Positions 1 to 9,577 of a stretch of DNA of 64,000 nucleotides are shown here, piece after piece. The notes under the pieces are model-generated. The model had not been told where the DNA came from, did not search any database, and saw nothing but the letters and a program-made list of their open reading frames with translations. A program made the translations under genes and the position numbers. The stretch lies in assembly GCA_963667035.1 (NCBI GenBank), contig OY762964.1, positions 1,984,001 through 2,048,000 of the forward strand, in the 5' to 3' direction. Position 1 is the first letter of the stretch; the number at the start of each line of letters is the position of its first letter. This stretch comes from Candidatus Cloacimonadales bacterium. GTDB taxonomy: Bacteria; Cloacimonadota; Cloacimonadia; Cloacimonadales; JAFGVF01.

Positions 1-840
1 CTCTTCATAATCATATAATTCTTGTTCTATGGTGTTGTGAAAGCTTTCTACATCACTGTTGAATGTTGGAGATTTTGGAGGTATACGAACATGAGTTACT
101 CCATGCTTGTTTAAGATCTCTTCAAAGATTGTGACTCTACTATGAAGAGGTTCAATAAATTCAGTACCGTTATCTGTTTGGAAAGTAATATCATTAGGAG
201 AGCAATGTAACCCTTTTAGGTATTCAATTACGTAATCCGCAAAAATGGCAGTTGAGAGATCATCTTTATAGTTTGTAAAGCCTAGAAATACCATTCCTGT
301 CTTGTAATCTCTGGCAGTAATCTGAAACATAGGTATTGCACCGGACTCATATGCTCTACTCTGTTTAGCAATATCATTTAGATATTTAACATCGAGCTGA
401 AGTTTCTGCATAGGCTTATAGTGTGCTCTTACAGCTGACATATCTTTCTTTTTCTTGTATCTTGTTTTTCTTTTCAGAACAAGCTTATGTCTCTTTAATA
501 CCTTATGAACGGTCTTTGCTGAGTAATGCAGTTTCAGATTATTTACTATAGTGCGAGCTCCGGGATTGCCACGATCTTTACGTTCTTTGATGATAGCATC
601 TTCAATATCTTTTGGCATCTTCAGAGGATGTTCCTGACCAACCCTGGACTTATTCTCGAGACCTGCCTCTCCAAGCTCAAGATACCTATTTCTCCAGAGA
701 CGAACAGTCTTTCTGGTTGTGCCTAACATCCTAGCTGTTTCAGATATGCCATGCTGCATTGAAAGAGTATACATCTGATACCGTAAAAGAGTTCTTGACT
801 TAAATTCTTTACTGAGTAATCTCATCTCTAAGTATGACAT
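1..840 (-). CDS. IS481-like DDE transposase (N-terminal HTH + integrase core), runs off window start
   Basis: Not in ORF track. Manual translation from ATG at 840: MSYLEMRLL...GISETARMLGTTRKTVRLWRNRY (HTH)...LQLDVKYL...FQTDNGTEF...PPKSPTFNSDVESFHNTIEQE (D-D-E triad); open to base 1. Confidence 0.85.
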   Translation of the reverse strand, partial: MSYLEMRLLSKEFKSRTLLRYQMYTLSMQHGISETARMLGTTRKTVRLWRNRYLELGEAGLENKSRVGQEHPLKMPKDIEDAIIKERKDRGNPGARTIVNNLKLHYSAKTVHKVLKRHKLVLKRKTRYKKKKDMSAVRAHYKPMQKLQLDVKYLNDIAKQSRAYESGAIPMFQITARDYKTGMVFLGFTNYKDDLSTAIFADYVIEYLKGLHCSPNDITFQTDNGTEFIEPLHSRVTIFEEILNKHGVTHVRIPPKSPTFNSDVESFHNTIEQELYDYEE

Positions 841-1150
841 AAGTGTCAGTATATCTGATTCTTAGATTGCTGGCACTCTTTTTTTGTAGGATATATATAA
901 TCCAAGTATTCAAGGCGAATGTTTCATCCCCTCCATTCGCTACGCTCATTGCGTGGATGAAACATTTACTCTGCATTTCTCTAGAAATAATCCAATTCAT
1001 TAAAATATTCTTTTAACTGATTAACTGCATTTTTATCAAGTATATAACCCATAAAGACACCGGTCTCTATTGATGATATTATATCATGTAGTTTACGTAG
1101 TATTTTTCTTGGTAAAACTTTGACCTCCCTAGGGTGGATACTTTTAAGGG

Positions 1151-1206
1151 TCACTCGCCAAAAGCAAAAAAATGGGAGTGAATTAGGAGTGATTTGAGAG
1201 ATAGAT
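1151..1206. repeat. Short 11-bp-phased repeat array with an inverted copy (core GGAGTGA / TCACTC)
   Basis: gggagtgaatt (1174), aggagtgattt (1185), weak copy at 1196; inverted tcactcgc at 1151. Confidence 0.4.
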
Positions 1207-1337
1207 AATAAGGCATTGAAAATTGAGAATGGGTAAAAATGTTATACCACTCCAGATAGATTAACATCCTTATGAAAGTGGATAGATATTGAAATGAACC
1301 GTTTTGACAATAATACTATATATTAAGAGCCATGTAG

Positions 1338-1367
1338 AAAAAAGGCTACTGAACAATCAGTAGCCTT
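1338..1367 (-). terminator. Rho-independent terminator of the C25 peptidase gene
   Basis: aaggctactg-aacaat-cagtagcctt stem with A-run on + strand (U-tract on -), 20 bp after the stop. Confidence 0.8.
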
Positions 1368-1386
1368 CATATTTAGCAAATACGTC

Positions 1387-4300
1387 TTATTTAAGCATAA
1401 TAGCTTTTTTAGTTTTAGTAAAATCTTTAGACTGAATACGGTAGAAATAAACTCCCGAAGCCAATCTCTTATTATTGTCATCAGTACCATTCCATGTATA
1501 GGTATGAATACCGTGAGTTAACATTCCATCACATAGAGTCTTAATTCTACGTCCTTTTACATCATAGATGCATATCTTGACATGTCCGTTGTTTTTCAAT
1601 GCAAACTTAATATCTGTAGTTGGATTAAATGGATTAGGAATATTCTGGAAAAGCTCATTATTTGCAACTTCAACAATTTCATGTGTACCTGTTCCGTCAG
1701 TGTAAACAATCCAATCTTTAAAAACAAAATTTAATTCATCAGATGCTAAACATTGAACAATATATAAATCGTTTGATCCGGTAGTATAGCTGAGCTGAGT
1801 TTCGCCTATACCAACAAGCTGTATTGCATTGTTTACTTTCCAAGTATACTCAAGATTACTATCAGGGTCGTAGCACTCGAAAGTGAAATAGATATCATCA
1901 TGATGTGCAACATGTAACTCATTTTCTTCAGGTATTACATTCATTGGGATCGGGGTATCATTAACAGGAGTTACTGTTACTAAAACAGTATCTGATGCAA
2001 CTGATCTATTCTTTAATACATCCGTACCGTCATCAGCATAGAATACTATCTCTTCAGTTCCAAACCAATTGGCTTGAGGCATGAGTCCCACTTCTCCGTC
2101 AGCTAAAATCATATTAATATGTTCATTTCCTGAGAAGGAGAAAATGAGTTCATCAAGATTAGGGTCATAGAAATGACGTCTTAAATTGATTGAGCCATAA
2201 AAAGTATCTTCTTCAAATGTAATATCAGCTATTGGTAACTGAACTTCAGGTGGTAATGGAGGTAGATTATTTTCTATTTCAAGAGCTACAGGAATAATAA
2301 CAACAGGTTGAGTAGGATCATTACTATATACTTCAATGTTACAATGATAATTACCAAAGATGATTCCACTAGTATCAATTGTTAAGCCAATACTCTCGCT
2401 CATACCTTGACTAACACTTCCACTAATCGGATCACATTCTATCCAATTAAAACTTGGAATGAATGAAATAGTCATGTTATCATGAACAAAAGCTTCATTA
2501 TTGACAATTTGTATACCTTCTGTACCATCTATGTTCTCAATGCCTACAGTGGCACCAGTTGAGCCATTCTGCACACTCTGATATTGAAAATCGATTCTTC
2601 CTGTTTCATAAAGAATAACTTGGAATGTAGCTGTAGAAGTAGTTCCAAAGAAGGGAATATTTTCATAGGTTATTATAAATCTATCATTTGAGCTATCCGG
2701 ATAATAGTATACATTTCCCAATAACTGAGGACTAAAGTCATCCCATAAAGGAGCAATAATATTGTTAGGTTCACTATCACTAGGTATTTCAATGTTTTCG
2801 AAACTGGTATTACCGGAAGTAAAAGTTAAGAAGCCATTTGAACAAACCCTGATACTATTGTATACTTCATCCCAATATGGGAAATCAAAACCTAAGGCTA
2901 GAGGAACTGAAAGCTGATCATCAACAGTAAAATCGATATCGAAACCGGTTAATGAGATATCAACCCAGTTATATATAGGTCCCCCGGTATTTTCACTTGA
3001 TGCCCAACTATAGTAATCCTCAGGATTCCTAGTGAGATAAGTTTTGTTAATTGTATATCTTAAATCAGCTTCTCCAGTATTGGAAATGCTGAATTGGTCT
3101 GTAATTATCTGTCCGACACTAGCTTGATAACTTAATTCAGTAACACTTACTCCAACAATAGGAGGGTCTTGTAAGACCGGGTGCTCAGTGCTAATGAATA
3201 AAGCGGTCTGATCATACAATGGTAATGCTTGAGTAGGATATATATTATTGTATGTATACTCAAGCCCCACTAATCCGGTATGGTCCATTATCCCTATTGA
3301 GCAGTAGTTACCATGAGCGGAGCCACCATGATTGTTAACATTATTGAATTCTTTATACTGGAGTTTTATCGCTCCGTCACCTGTTTGAGTATGATATGTA
3401 GCCGGATTATACAAAATAATCTGGAATGTTTCTTCACTTCTATCATACTCGTTTGTGCAACCATCCCATTCAATAATAAAAGTATCATCTTCACTATTAT
3501 GATAGGAATATATTGTGCCACCTCTAAGATCATCCCAGAAAGCAGCTATCATAGATTGAGGACCATTAGGACCGGGAATTCTCCAGTTACGGAATGTTAC
3601 CTGCTCCGATACTCCCATTGAAATCCATCCGTTTGAGCATACAGATATTACATCGAAGCTCTCTCCGTAGAATGTGAAATTGAAAGGTAAGTTTACTGTT
3701 GTTACACAATCCTGATTTTGTCCATTATCAGATAATGGTAAAGCTGAACCTAAAGCATTGATTTCCTGCCATTCATATACAGGAGATATGTTATACAAGA
3801 AATCCTCTTCATCATAGATATAATAGCCGTAGCTATCAGGTCCCAAAGGATCCTCTGCAGTTGCATGTCCTACCGTAACAGTAAAAGGAATTTGAGTGTT
3901 ATAGCCACTAGCAGTACTTATCTCCATCAGCATTGATATATTACTGCCTGCCACAATGTTCATTCCTACAGTTACATTTATGGTAACAATAGAAGTACTT
4001 CCGGATGCAATACTGTTTATACTTTGAGTGCCTGTATTAATAACAATTCTTCCATCTTCGCAACTAACAATAACATCTGAATTCTGAAGGTCAACCGCTC
4101 CTTGGTTTGTCATGCTAATATTAATATCTTCGGTAACACCGTGGAACAGATAGTCTAACCCACTTGAAGGCACAGTCATGCTATTAATAACAGGTAATGG
4201 TGAGTCTACATTTATCATTCTACTAAAAGACCAGGATCCCTGGTCAGAGTTAACTGAGCATACTACTTCTGTTGTTTCCTCAGGGAAAGAGATATTAGCA

Positions 4301-6417
4301 ACATCGAGTGCAAAAACAGGACTGATTTGATTACCAACACTCCAAATACCATTAAGTGGTAGTCCTCCTGTTGTGTTAACTAAGTTCTCTCCCTCAACAT
4401 TTACAACAGCATTAGTTAAGTTTGCGTTACCTATATTCGTAAGATTGAACTCTACATTGCTTGAGTTACCATATAATAATGAAGTATCTCCCTCATTAAT
4501 TACTACTGAATCCAGGGACAAGCCATTAGATCCGGCTCCATAATTTACACTGTGCTGTTCAGGAATGTAGTCAGGATGAGTTGCAGTAACAGTAATAGGT
4601 CCGGTAGTTACATCGGCTATCTGTAAGTATGCAATGCCATTGCTATTAGTGTGAGTTGAGTATTGATAGTCACCTGCAGTAACTGTAACCCAAGCATCCT
4701 CAATAGGAGCATTGCTTAAATCGTGGAGCTCGATTGATATTTCATTAGTAAGAACAGGAATAGTAGTTGGTGCAGATAACTGCATATTCTCAGGTTGCTT
4801 CTTCCATACTTGAAGAGATGGGTCTCCCATTAGAGCAATAATTTCAGAGAAAAACTCAACATTGTCAGGATTAGAAACACTATAGTTATAAACTAGATTT
4901 GCTCTACCTCTCCAGAGTCCTTCACCTAAAGTTCTAAAACCTTCGACATACAGACCTTCAAAAATACCACCGTCAACACAGTTGTTAAAAGCTGTATGAG
5001 TTCCTATAGTCGCAGCACCAATGGCTGCTACACCACCTTTAGGACTTTGAATTGTTCCAACTCTTATAATTGCTTCCGACCTACTGGTTCCTGATACAAA
5101 TGTACCCGTATCACAAGTAATGATTACGAATATAGGTAGTTTAGGTCCATTCAGAAGATTCTCTGCATTACTATTTGTCCAGCCACTCATTCCGGCATAA
5201 CCCCTATAATTGAAGAAGCCTACGCCCATGTTAATAGCTTGATCCATATTATTATCGCTAGGTGAATCACTATACAACTCAGTGTACTGGTAACTTGGGT
5301 TGTAATCAGAAGTAATATCTTTGATATATTTATTTGTAGCAATCGTTGAAACACCTGAAGGATCTGTATCTCCTACTAATAAGGCACTATTCAACCAAGG
5401 AGTTCCTATGAACGGTGTCTTTTCATATAGGAGCTGTTTGTTTACTATAACCTGCAACTCTGCTACATTTGCATAAGAAAATCTACCGATAAAAATATCT
5501 TCTATCTGATCATTGCCTTCCAACAAGGCATATTCATGATCTCCCTGACCAAAAGCACCTATATCATCTGCATCTCCAACCAGACATACAAAATCTACAG
5601 GATTCTCCCAGTTATCATAAGCATTCTGTAACCAAGATTTTACATCTGAGTTTATAGTACCGGTCTCATTAGTTGAAGCAACAACAACTTCATAGCCAAC
5701 TTCTCTCTTCCATTGAACTAAAGGTTGTAACTCGGAGATAACTGATTCCCCTGCTATATAAACTAAAACCGGAGGATCATCAACATCTCTTTGTTGAACA
5801 TCTTGAGGATTTACAGCAACCTTATCCAATAACTGCCCAAAGATGCTATTCATTCTGTTTCTAGAAGAAGTAACTTCATTTACACCTTCTACTTGCCTAT
5901 TAAAAGCTACACTAAACTCAACTTCTTCTATAACTCTTATCTCTCTTGTAACAGGATTATACACAAAAGGACAGAATGAAACACTTATCAGTCTTTGTCC
6001 TCTCAGAATTTGAGGATTACTTTGTAAAAGAAGAGTTTCCGGATATGGCTTGTTTACGGAATACATATTGCTTTCTCTTCGTTGAGTAGAAGGATCAGCT
6101 CTAAAAGGTAATATGTTGTAGCCCCTAATAGAGCTTTCTTTCAATATTTGATAATTAACTTGAGCAGTACCGGTAGCTGGTATTGCAATAACAGAACTAA
6201 AAATAGGAAGCTGTGGATTACCTTCCTCAACTGTCCATTCACACCCCCTAACAGTTATTAAATCGTAACCATTTTCTTGTTGTTCAATCTGATAAGCGGG
6301 TAGTTCAAAAGAAATCTCGAGACCTTCAGAGCTACTCCTTACTAGGTTGAAAGGTTTTGCAGTTAAACTAACAAAGATTGTAAGTAATAGAATCAAAAAC
6401 CCAATATGTTTGTTCAT
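1387..6417 (-). CDS. Secreted C25 (gingipain-like) cysteine peptidase family protein: propeptide, C25 core, Ig-like/nidogen-like domains, T9SS/FlgD-type CTD
   Basis: Signal peptide; propeptide EEGNPQLP; LVQWKREVGY, FVCLVGD, DIFIGRFS, FNYRG, IITCDTG, LMGDPSL; C-terminal NIPNPFNP...WNGTD...SGVYFY. Confidence 0.85.
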   Translation of the reverse strand: MNKHIGFLILLLTIFVSLTAKPFNLVRSSSEGLEISFELPAYQIEQQENGYDLITVRGCEWTVEEGNPQLPIFSSVIAIPATGTAQVNYQILKESSIRGYNILPFRADPSTQRRESNMYSVNKPYPETLLLQSNPQILRGQRLISVSFCPFVYNPVTREIRVIEEVEFSVAFNRQVEGVNEVTSSRNRMNSIFGQLLDKVAVNPQDVQQRDVDDPPVLVYIAGESVISELQPLVQWKREVGYEVVVASTNETGTINSDVKSWLQNAYDNWENPVDFVCLVGDADDIGAFGQGDHEYALLEGNDQIEDIFIGRFSYANVAELQVIVNKQLLYEKTPFIGTPWLNSALLVGDTDPSGVSTIATNKYIKDITSDYNPSYQYTELYSDSPSDNNMDQAINMGVGFFNYRGYAGMSGWTNSNAENLLNGPKLPIFVIITCDTGTFVSGTSRSEAIIRVGTIQSPKGGVAAIGAATIGTHTAFNNCVDGGIFEGLYVEGFRTLGEGLWRGRANLVYNYSVSNPDNVEFFSEIIALMGDPSLQVWKKQPENMQLSAPTTIPVLTNEISIELHDLSNAPIEDAWVTVTAGDYQYSTHTNSNGIAYLQIADVTTGPITVTATHPDYIPEQHSVNYGAGSNGLSLDSVVINEGDTSLLYGNSSNVEFNLTNIGNANLTNAVVNVEGENLVNTTGGLPLNGIWSVGNQISPVFALDVANISFPEETTEVVCSVNSDQGSWSFSRMINVDSPLPVINSMTVPSSGLDYLFHGVTEDINISMTNQGAVDLQNSDVIVSCEDGRIVINTGTQSINSIASGSTSIVTINVTVGMNIVAGSNISMLMEISTASGYNTQIPFTVTVGHATAEDPLGPDSYGYYIYDEEDFLYNISPVYEWQEINALGSALPLSDNGQNQDCVTTVNLPFNFTFYGESFDVISVCSNGWISMGVSEQVTFRNWRIPGPNGPQSMIAAFWDDLRGGTIYSYHNSEDDTFIIEWDGCTNEYDRSEETFQIILYNPATYHTQTGDGAIKLQYKEFNNVNNHGGSAHGNYCSIGIMDHTGLVGLEYTYNNIYPTQALPLYDQTALFISTEHPVLQDPPIVGVSVTELSYQASVGQIITDQFSISNTGEADLRYTINKTYLTRNPEDYYSWASSENTGGPIYNWVDISLTGFDIDFTVDDQLSVPLALGFDFPYWDEVYNSIRVCSNGFLTFTSGNTSFENIEIPSDSEPNNIIAPLWDDFSPQLLGNVYYYPDSSNDRFIITYENIPFFGTTSTATFQVILYETGRIDFQYQSVQNGSTGATVGIENIDGTEGIQIVNNEAFVHDNMTISFIPSFNWIECDPISGSVSQGMSESIGLTIDTSGIIFGNYHCNIEVYSNDPTQPVVIIPVALEIENNLPPLPPEVQLPIADITFEEDTFYGSINLRRHFYDPNLDELIFSFSGNEHINMILADGEVGLMPQANWFGTEEIVFYADDGTDVLKNRSVASDTVLVTVTPVNDTPIPMNVIPEENELHVAHHDDIYFTFECYDPDSNLEYTWKVNNAIQLVGIGETQLSYTTGSNDLYIVQCLASDELNFVFKDWIVYTDGTGTHEIVEVANNELFQNIPNPFNPTTDIKFALKNNGHVKICIYDVKGRRIKTLCDGMLTHGIHTYTWNGTDDNNKRLASGVYFYRIQSKDFTKTKKAIMLK

Positions 6418-6546
6418 GCATTTCTCCTTATTTAGTAATGTCCTGTAAATTATATAGGCAAATTGCGTTCCAAATAATAGTTAGAAATACTTTTACATGA
6501 AAATAGTGAGCCTAAGGCATTAAATATAGTTGTTTTTAATAAAGGA

Positions 6547-6569
6547 AATGCCCTGATAAACAGGGCATT
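6547..6569 (-). terminator. Hairpin downstream of glmS, probable terminator
   Basis: aatgccctg-ataaa-cagggcatt perfect 9-bp stem. Confidence 0.6.
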
Positions 6570-6602
6570 CATAATTGTTAATTATTGTTTTAACAAAAGC
6601 CT

Positions 6603-8441
6603 TTATTCAACAGTAACTGATTTGGCCAGATTACGTGGTTGGTCAACATCAAGTCCACGTAAATCAGCTACATGATACGCTAAGAGCTGTAAAGGTATTA
6701 CAGACAGTAATGGTTGCAATTCATGTATAGTATGAGGAATATATATAACTTCCTCCGAAATACTCTTCAATTGGTCATCTTCTTCAGATGCAATCGTAAA
6801 CAATCTTCCTTTTCTTGCTTTCACTTCCTGAAGATTAGAATATACTTTATCGTAAAGGACATCCTTCATTGCAATAGCTATAACCGGCATTTCTTCATCA
6901 ATGAGAGCTATAGGACCATGTTTCATCTCGGCAGCCGGATACCCTTCAGCATGTATGTAAGAAATCTCTTTCAACTTCAATGCACCTTCCAGAGCAACAG
7001 GGAAGTGAACATCTCTACCCAAGAATAGGGCATTGCTTGAGTTAACTATCTTCTTTGCTATCTCTCTTATTTTATCGGATTGTTTTGTTATCATCTCCAC
7101 TTTCTCAGGAATCTTCTGAAGTTCTTCAATGTAATATAGCCCATCTACATGTGAGAGGTTTCTCATTCTACCAAAAAGAATACCTAATAAATAGAGAATT
7201 GTTACTTGTGAAGTAAATGCCTTAGTAGATGCAACTCCAATCTCGGTTCCGGCATGGATGTATGTACCTCCATCAGTTTCTCTTGATATTGTAGAGCCAA
7301 TACCATTAGTGATGCCAAGCACTCTAGCACCTTTTGCCTTAGCTTCTCTAAGAGCAGCAATTGTGTCTGCAGTTTCACCTGATTGACTTATCACAAACAC
7401 CAGAGTATCTTCCTGAATAATAGGATTTCTGTATCTGAATTCGCTAGCATAATCAATTTGCACGGGGATACGTGCCATTTTCTCTATAAGATATTGTCCA
7501 AGAATACAAGTATGATATGAAGTCCCGCAAGCAATAAGAATAATTCGCTTCACTTTCTGTAATTCTTGCATTGTCATGTTCATTCCGCCAAGTCTAGCTG
7601 TCGCTAAAGAGTCAATTAATCGTCCTCTATAAGCATGTCTGATTGTTATTGATTGTTCAAAGATCTCTTTTAGCATAAAATGCTTGAAGTTTCCCTTCTC
7701 TGCATCCGTTGCATCCCATTCAACTTCTGATATTTTTGGTTGCAATTGCTCATTATGTATAGTTGACAACTCAAAACCATCATCTGTTATTACAGCAACT
7801 TCCTCATCTTGTAGATAAATAACTTTCTTAGTATGGATAATGATTGCATTTACATCAGAAGCAATGAAATATTCATTCTTCCCAATCCCTAGAATTAAAG
7901 GAGAACCTTTACGAGCAGCCACTATTTTGTTTGGTTCTAAATGTGAAACAACTGCAATCCCATATGTACCATCGACTAATTTTAAAGCCGATTGAACTGC
8001 CTCTATAAGCTCTACACCTTCTTTGTAAAAATGTCCTACCAAATGTGCTAAGACCTCGGTATCTGTCATTGACTTGAAAACACTTCCTTCTGCTTCTAAC
8101 TTTACTTTCAGAGCTTTATAATTCTCTATTATTCCATTATGAACTAGAGCAATTTTTCCCTTTTGATCCATGTGAGGATGGGCATTATTAGTATTTGGTT
8201 CACCATGTGTTGCCCATCGTGTATGGGCAATAGCAACATGACTCATAGATAAGTCTATTTTTGTAAGCTCTTTTTCAAGTTCTTTGATTTTACCCTTTTG
8301 CTTAGCAATCAGTAAATGATAGTTCCCATCCAAAGTAGCAACTCCGGAACTGTCATAACCTCTATATTCTAATCTTTTCAAAGCATCGACAGAAACTTTG
8401 ACGGCATTCTTTTTACCTATATATCCTACTATTCCACACAT
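6603..8441 (-). CDS. glmS: Glutamine--fructose-6-phosphate aminotransferase
   Basis: MCGIVG N-terminus, LEYRGYDSSG, HTRWATHG, SQSGETAD, C-terminal PRNLAKSVTVE. Confidence 0.98.
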   Translation of the reverse strand: MCGIVGYIGKKNAVKVSVDALKRLEYRGYDSSGVATLDGNYHLLIAKQKGKIKELEKELTKIDLSMSHVAIAHTRWATHGEPNTNNAHPHMDQKGKIALVHNGIIENYKALKVKLEAEGSVFKSMTDTEVLAHLVGHFYKEGVELIEAVQSALKLVDGTYGIAVVSHLEPNKIVAARKGSPLILGIGKNEYFIASDVNAIIIHTKKVIYLQDEEVAVITDDGFELSTIHNEQLQPKISEVEWDATDAEKGNFKHFMLKEIFEQSITIRHAYRGRLIDSLATARLGGMNMTMQELQKVKRIILIACGTSYHTCILGQYLIEKMARIPVQIDYASEFRYRNPIIQEDTLVFVISQSGETADTIAALREAKAKGARVLGITNGIGSTISRETDGGTYIHAGTEIGVASTKAFTSQVTILYLLGILFGRMRNLSHVDGLYYIEELQKIPEKVEMITKQSDKIREIAKKIVNSSNALFLGRDVHFPVALEGALKLKEISYIHAEGYPAAEMKHGPIALIDEEMPVIAIAMKDVLYDKVYSNLQEVKARKGRLFTIASEEDDQLKSISEEVIYIPHTIHELQPLLSVIPLQLLAYHVADLRGLDVDQPRNLAKSVTVE

Positions 8442-8511
8442 TCTTTCTACCTCTTTGTGCTTAATTCATTTTAATGGTATGATTATCTGATATTAGTACT
8501 TTTTGTCCAAT

Positions 8512-8550
8512 AAAAAAACACAACGATTACCGGGAGGCAACCGTTGTGTT
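8512..8550 (-). terminator. Intrinsic terminator inside the glmS 5' leader (attenuator candidate)
   Basis: Minus-strand RNA AACACAACGGUUGCC-UCCC-GGUAAUCGUUGUGUU followed by U-tract; 15-bp stem with two G.U pairs that form only on the - strand. Confidence 0.8.
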
Positions 8551-8620
8551 CGGAGGGCATTCTATGTAGGGTCTGTAGGCCAATTAATTCATCACTCATT
8601 TATCACTTGGTACAGTATAC

Positions 8621-8648
8621 AAATTAATCAAAAGCCAACACTTGTCAA
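8621..8648 (-). promoter_or_regulatory. Putative sigma70 promoter for the glmS leader
   Basis: TTGACA (8648-8643), 16-bp spacer, TAATTT; same arrangement as at the arsR promoter. Confidence 0.55.
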
Positions 8649-8788
8649 TTCTTTTTTTATAAATTTCTTTCTAACAAGGAGTTACAATCCATGCTTGGAA
8701 TATTTTAAAGAACATTACCATTGGCTATAAGTATATTATACAGTAGATTACACACTGTTTTGGAGTTTACTCCAAAGAATAAAAAAAA

Positions 8789-9562
8789 TTACTTTGGACT
8801 TTTTTCCAAAAGTGCCATATTCTTAGGACAACGGGCAATACACTCACCACAATGTATGCAATTCACATTTTCTACAATTTCTACCTCAGAGATATTGATG
8901 TTCATTGGGCATGTCTTATTACATAGATTACAGTCAATGCAGACTTCCATATTTCTATGAATTCTCAAGCGAGGAATTCGGAGAATATTTCCTAAATATT
9001 GAAAGACATTCATCAATGCACCAAACGGGCACAAAAATCTACACCAAAATCGACTGGAAAAGAATGCTACGACAGTGAATATTAATATAATTATGATATC
9101 TTGCCAACTAATATGATTAAGAGATGTTGCTACAATAACAGGGCAAAAGTTCTGATAATAGTGGATTCCAAAGAATAGTGCACTTACCAAAGTGAATAGA
9201 AGTACTAAATACTTTATGACACCAAGCTTTCTTTCATATAAATGGGAAATCTTAGGCTTAAGCTTGCCCTTTTTTCTGAAAATCTGGTAACTTTTCTCTT
9301 GAAGAGTGCCAAAGAAGCATACATAGCTACAAAAGTAGCGTCCGAAAAACATGCTGGTAATAAGTATCACCAAACCTGCGATTAGAGCAGGAACAAATGC
9401 ATAGAAATTGTTTAAAACTCCCGGTGCTCCGAAACAAACAACCGAGTTCGGGCATACAGAGTGTGCTACAGCTATAATTCCCGTATAAATAGAATAGATA
9501 AAATATAGAGTAAGAAGAAAGAAAACAGCTTGTATAGTATGTCTCAAAACCTGTCTTTTCAT
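8789..9562 (-). CDS. Membrane-bound 4Fe-4S binding protein (NapH/MauN-like)
   Basis: Several TM helices, GRYFCSYVC and RFWCRFLCPFG motifs, two CxxCxxCxxxCP motifs. Confidence 0.88.
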   Translation of the reverse strand: MKRQVLRHTIQAVFFLLTLYFIYSIYTGIIAVAHSVCPNSVVCFGAPGVLNNFYAFVPALIAGLVILITSMFFGRYFCSYVCFFGTLQEKSYQIFRKKGKLKPKISHLYERKLGVIKYLVLLFTLVSALFFGIHYYQNFCPVIVATSLNHISWQDIIIILIFTVVAFFSSRFWCRFLCPFGALMNVFQYLGNILRIPRLRIHRNMEVCIDCNLCNKTCPMNINISEVEIVENVNCIHCGECIARCPKNMALLEKSPK

Positions 9563-9577
9563 ATAATTCCTTTATAA

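Larger units (their letters stand above)
1..1260 (-). mobile_element. IS481-like insertion sequence, partial; upstream boundary approximate
   Basis: Transposase 1..840 plus ~400 bp upstream region ending before the terminator of the C25 gene; second end is outside the window so the IR cannot be confirmed. Confidence 0.5.

Noticed and set aside
526..1000. Track ORFs 526..726 (+) and 809..1000 (-)
   Set aside because: The first is antisense to the transposase; the second overlaps its start and runs through a hairpin with no protein features
8528..8540. GCCTCCCGG on the - strand resembles part of the glmS ribozyme
   Set aside because: The conserved AGCGCC cleavage-site and GACGAGG core segments are absent; the match lies in a terminator loop
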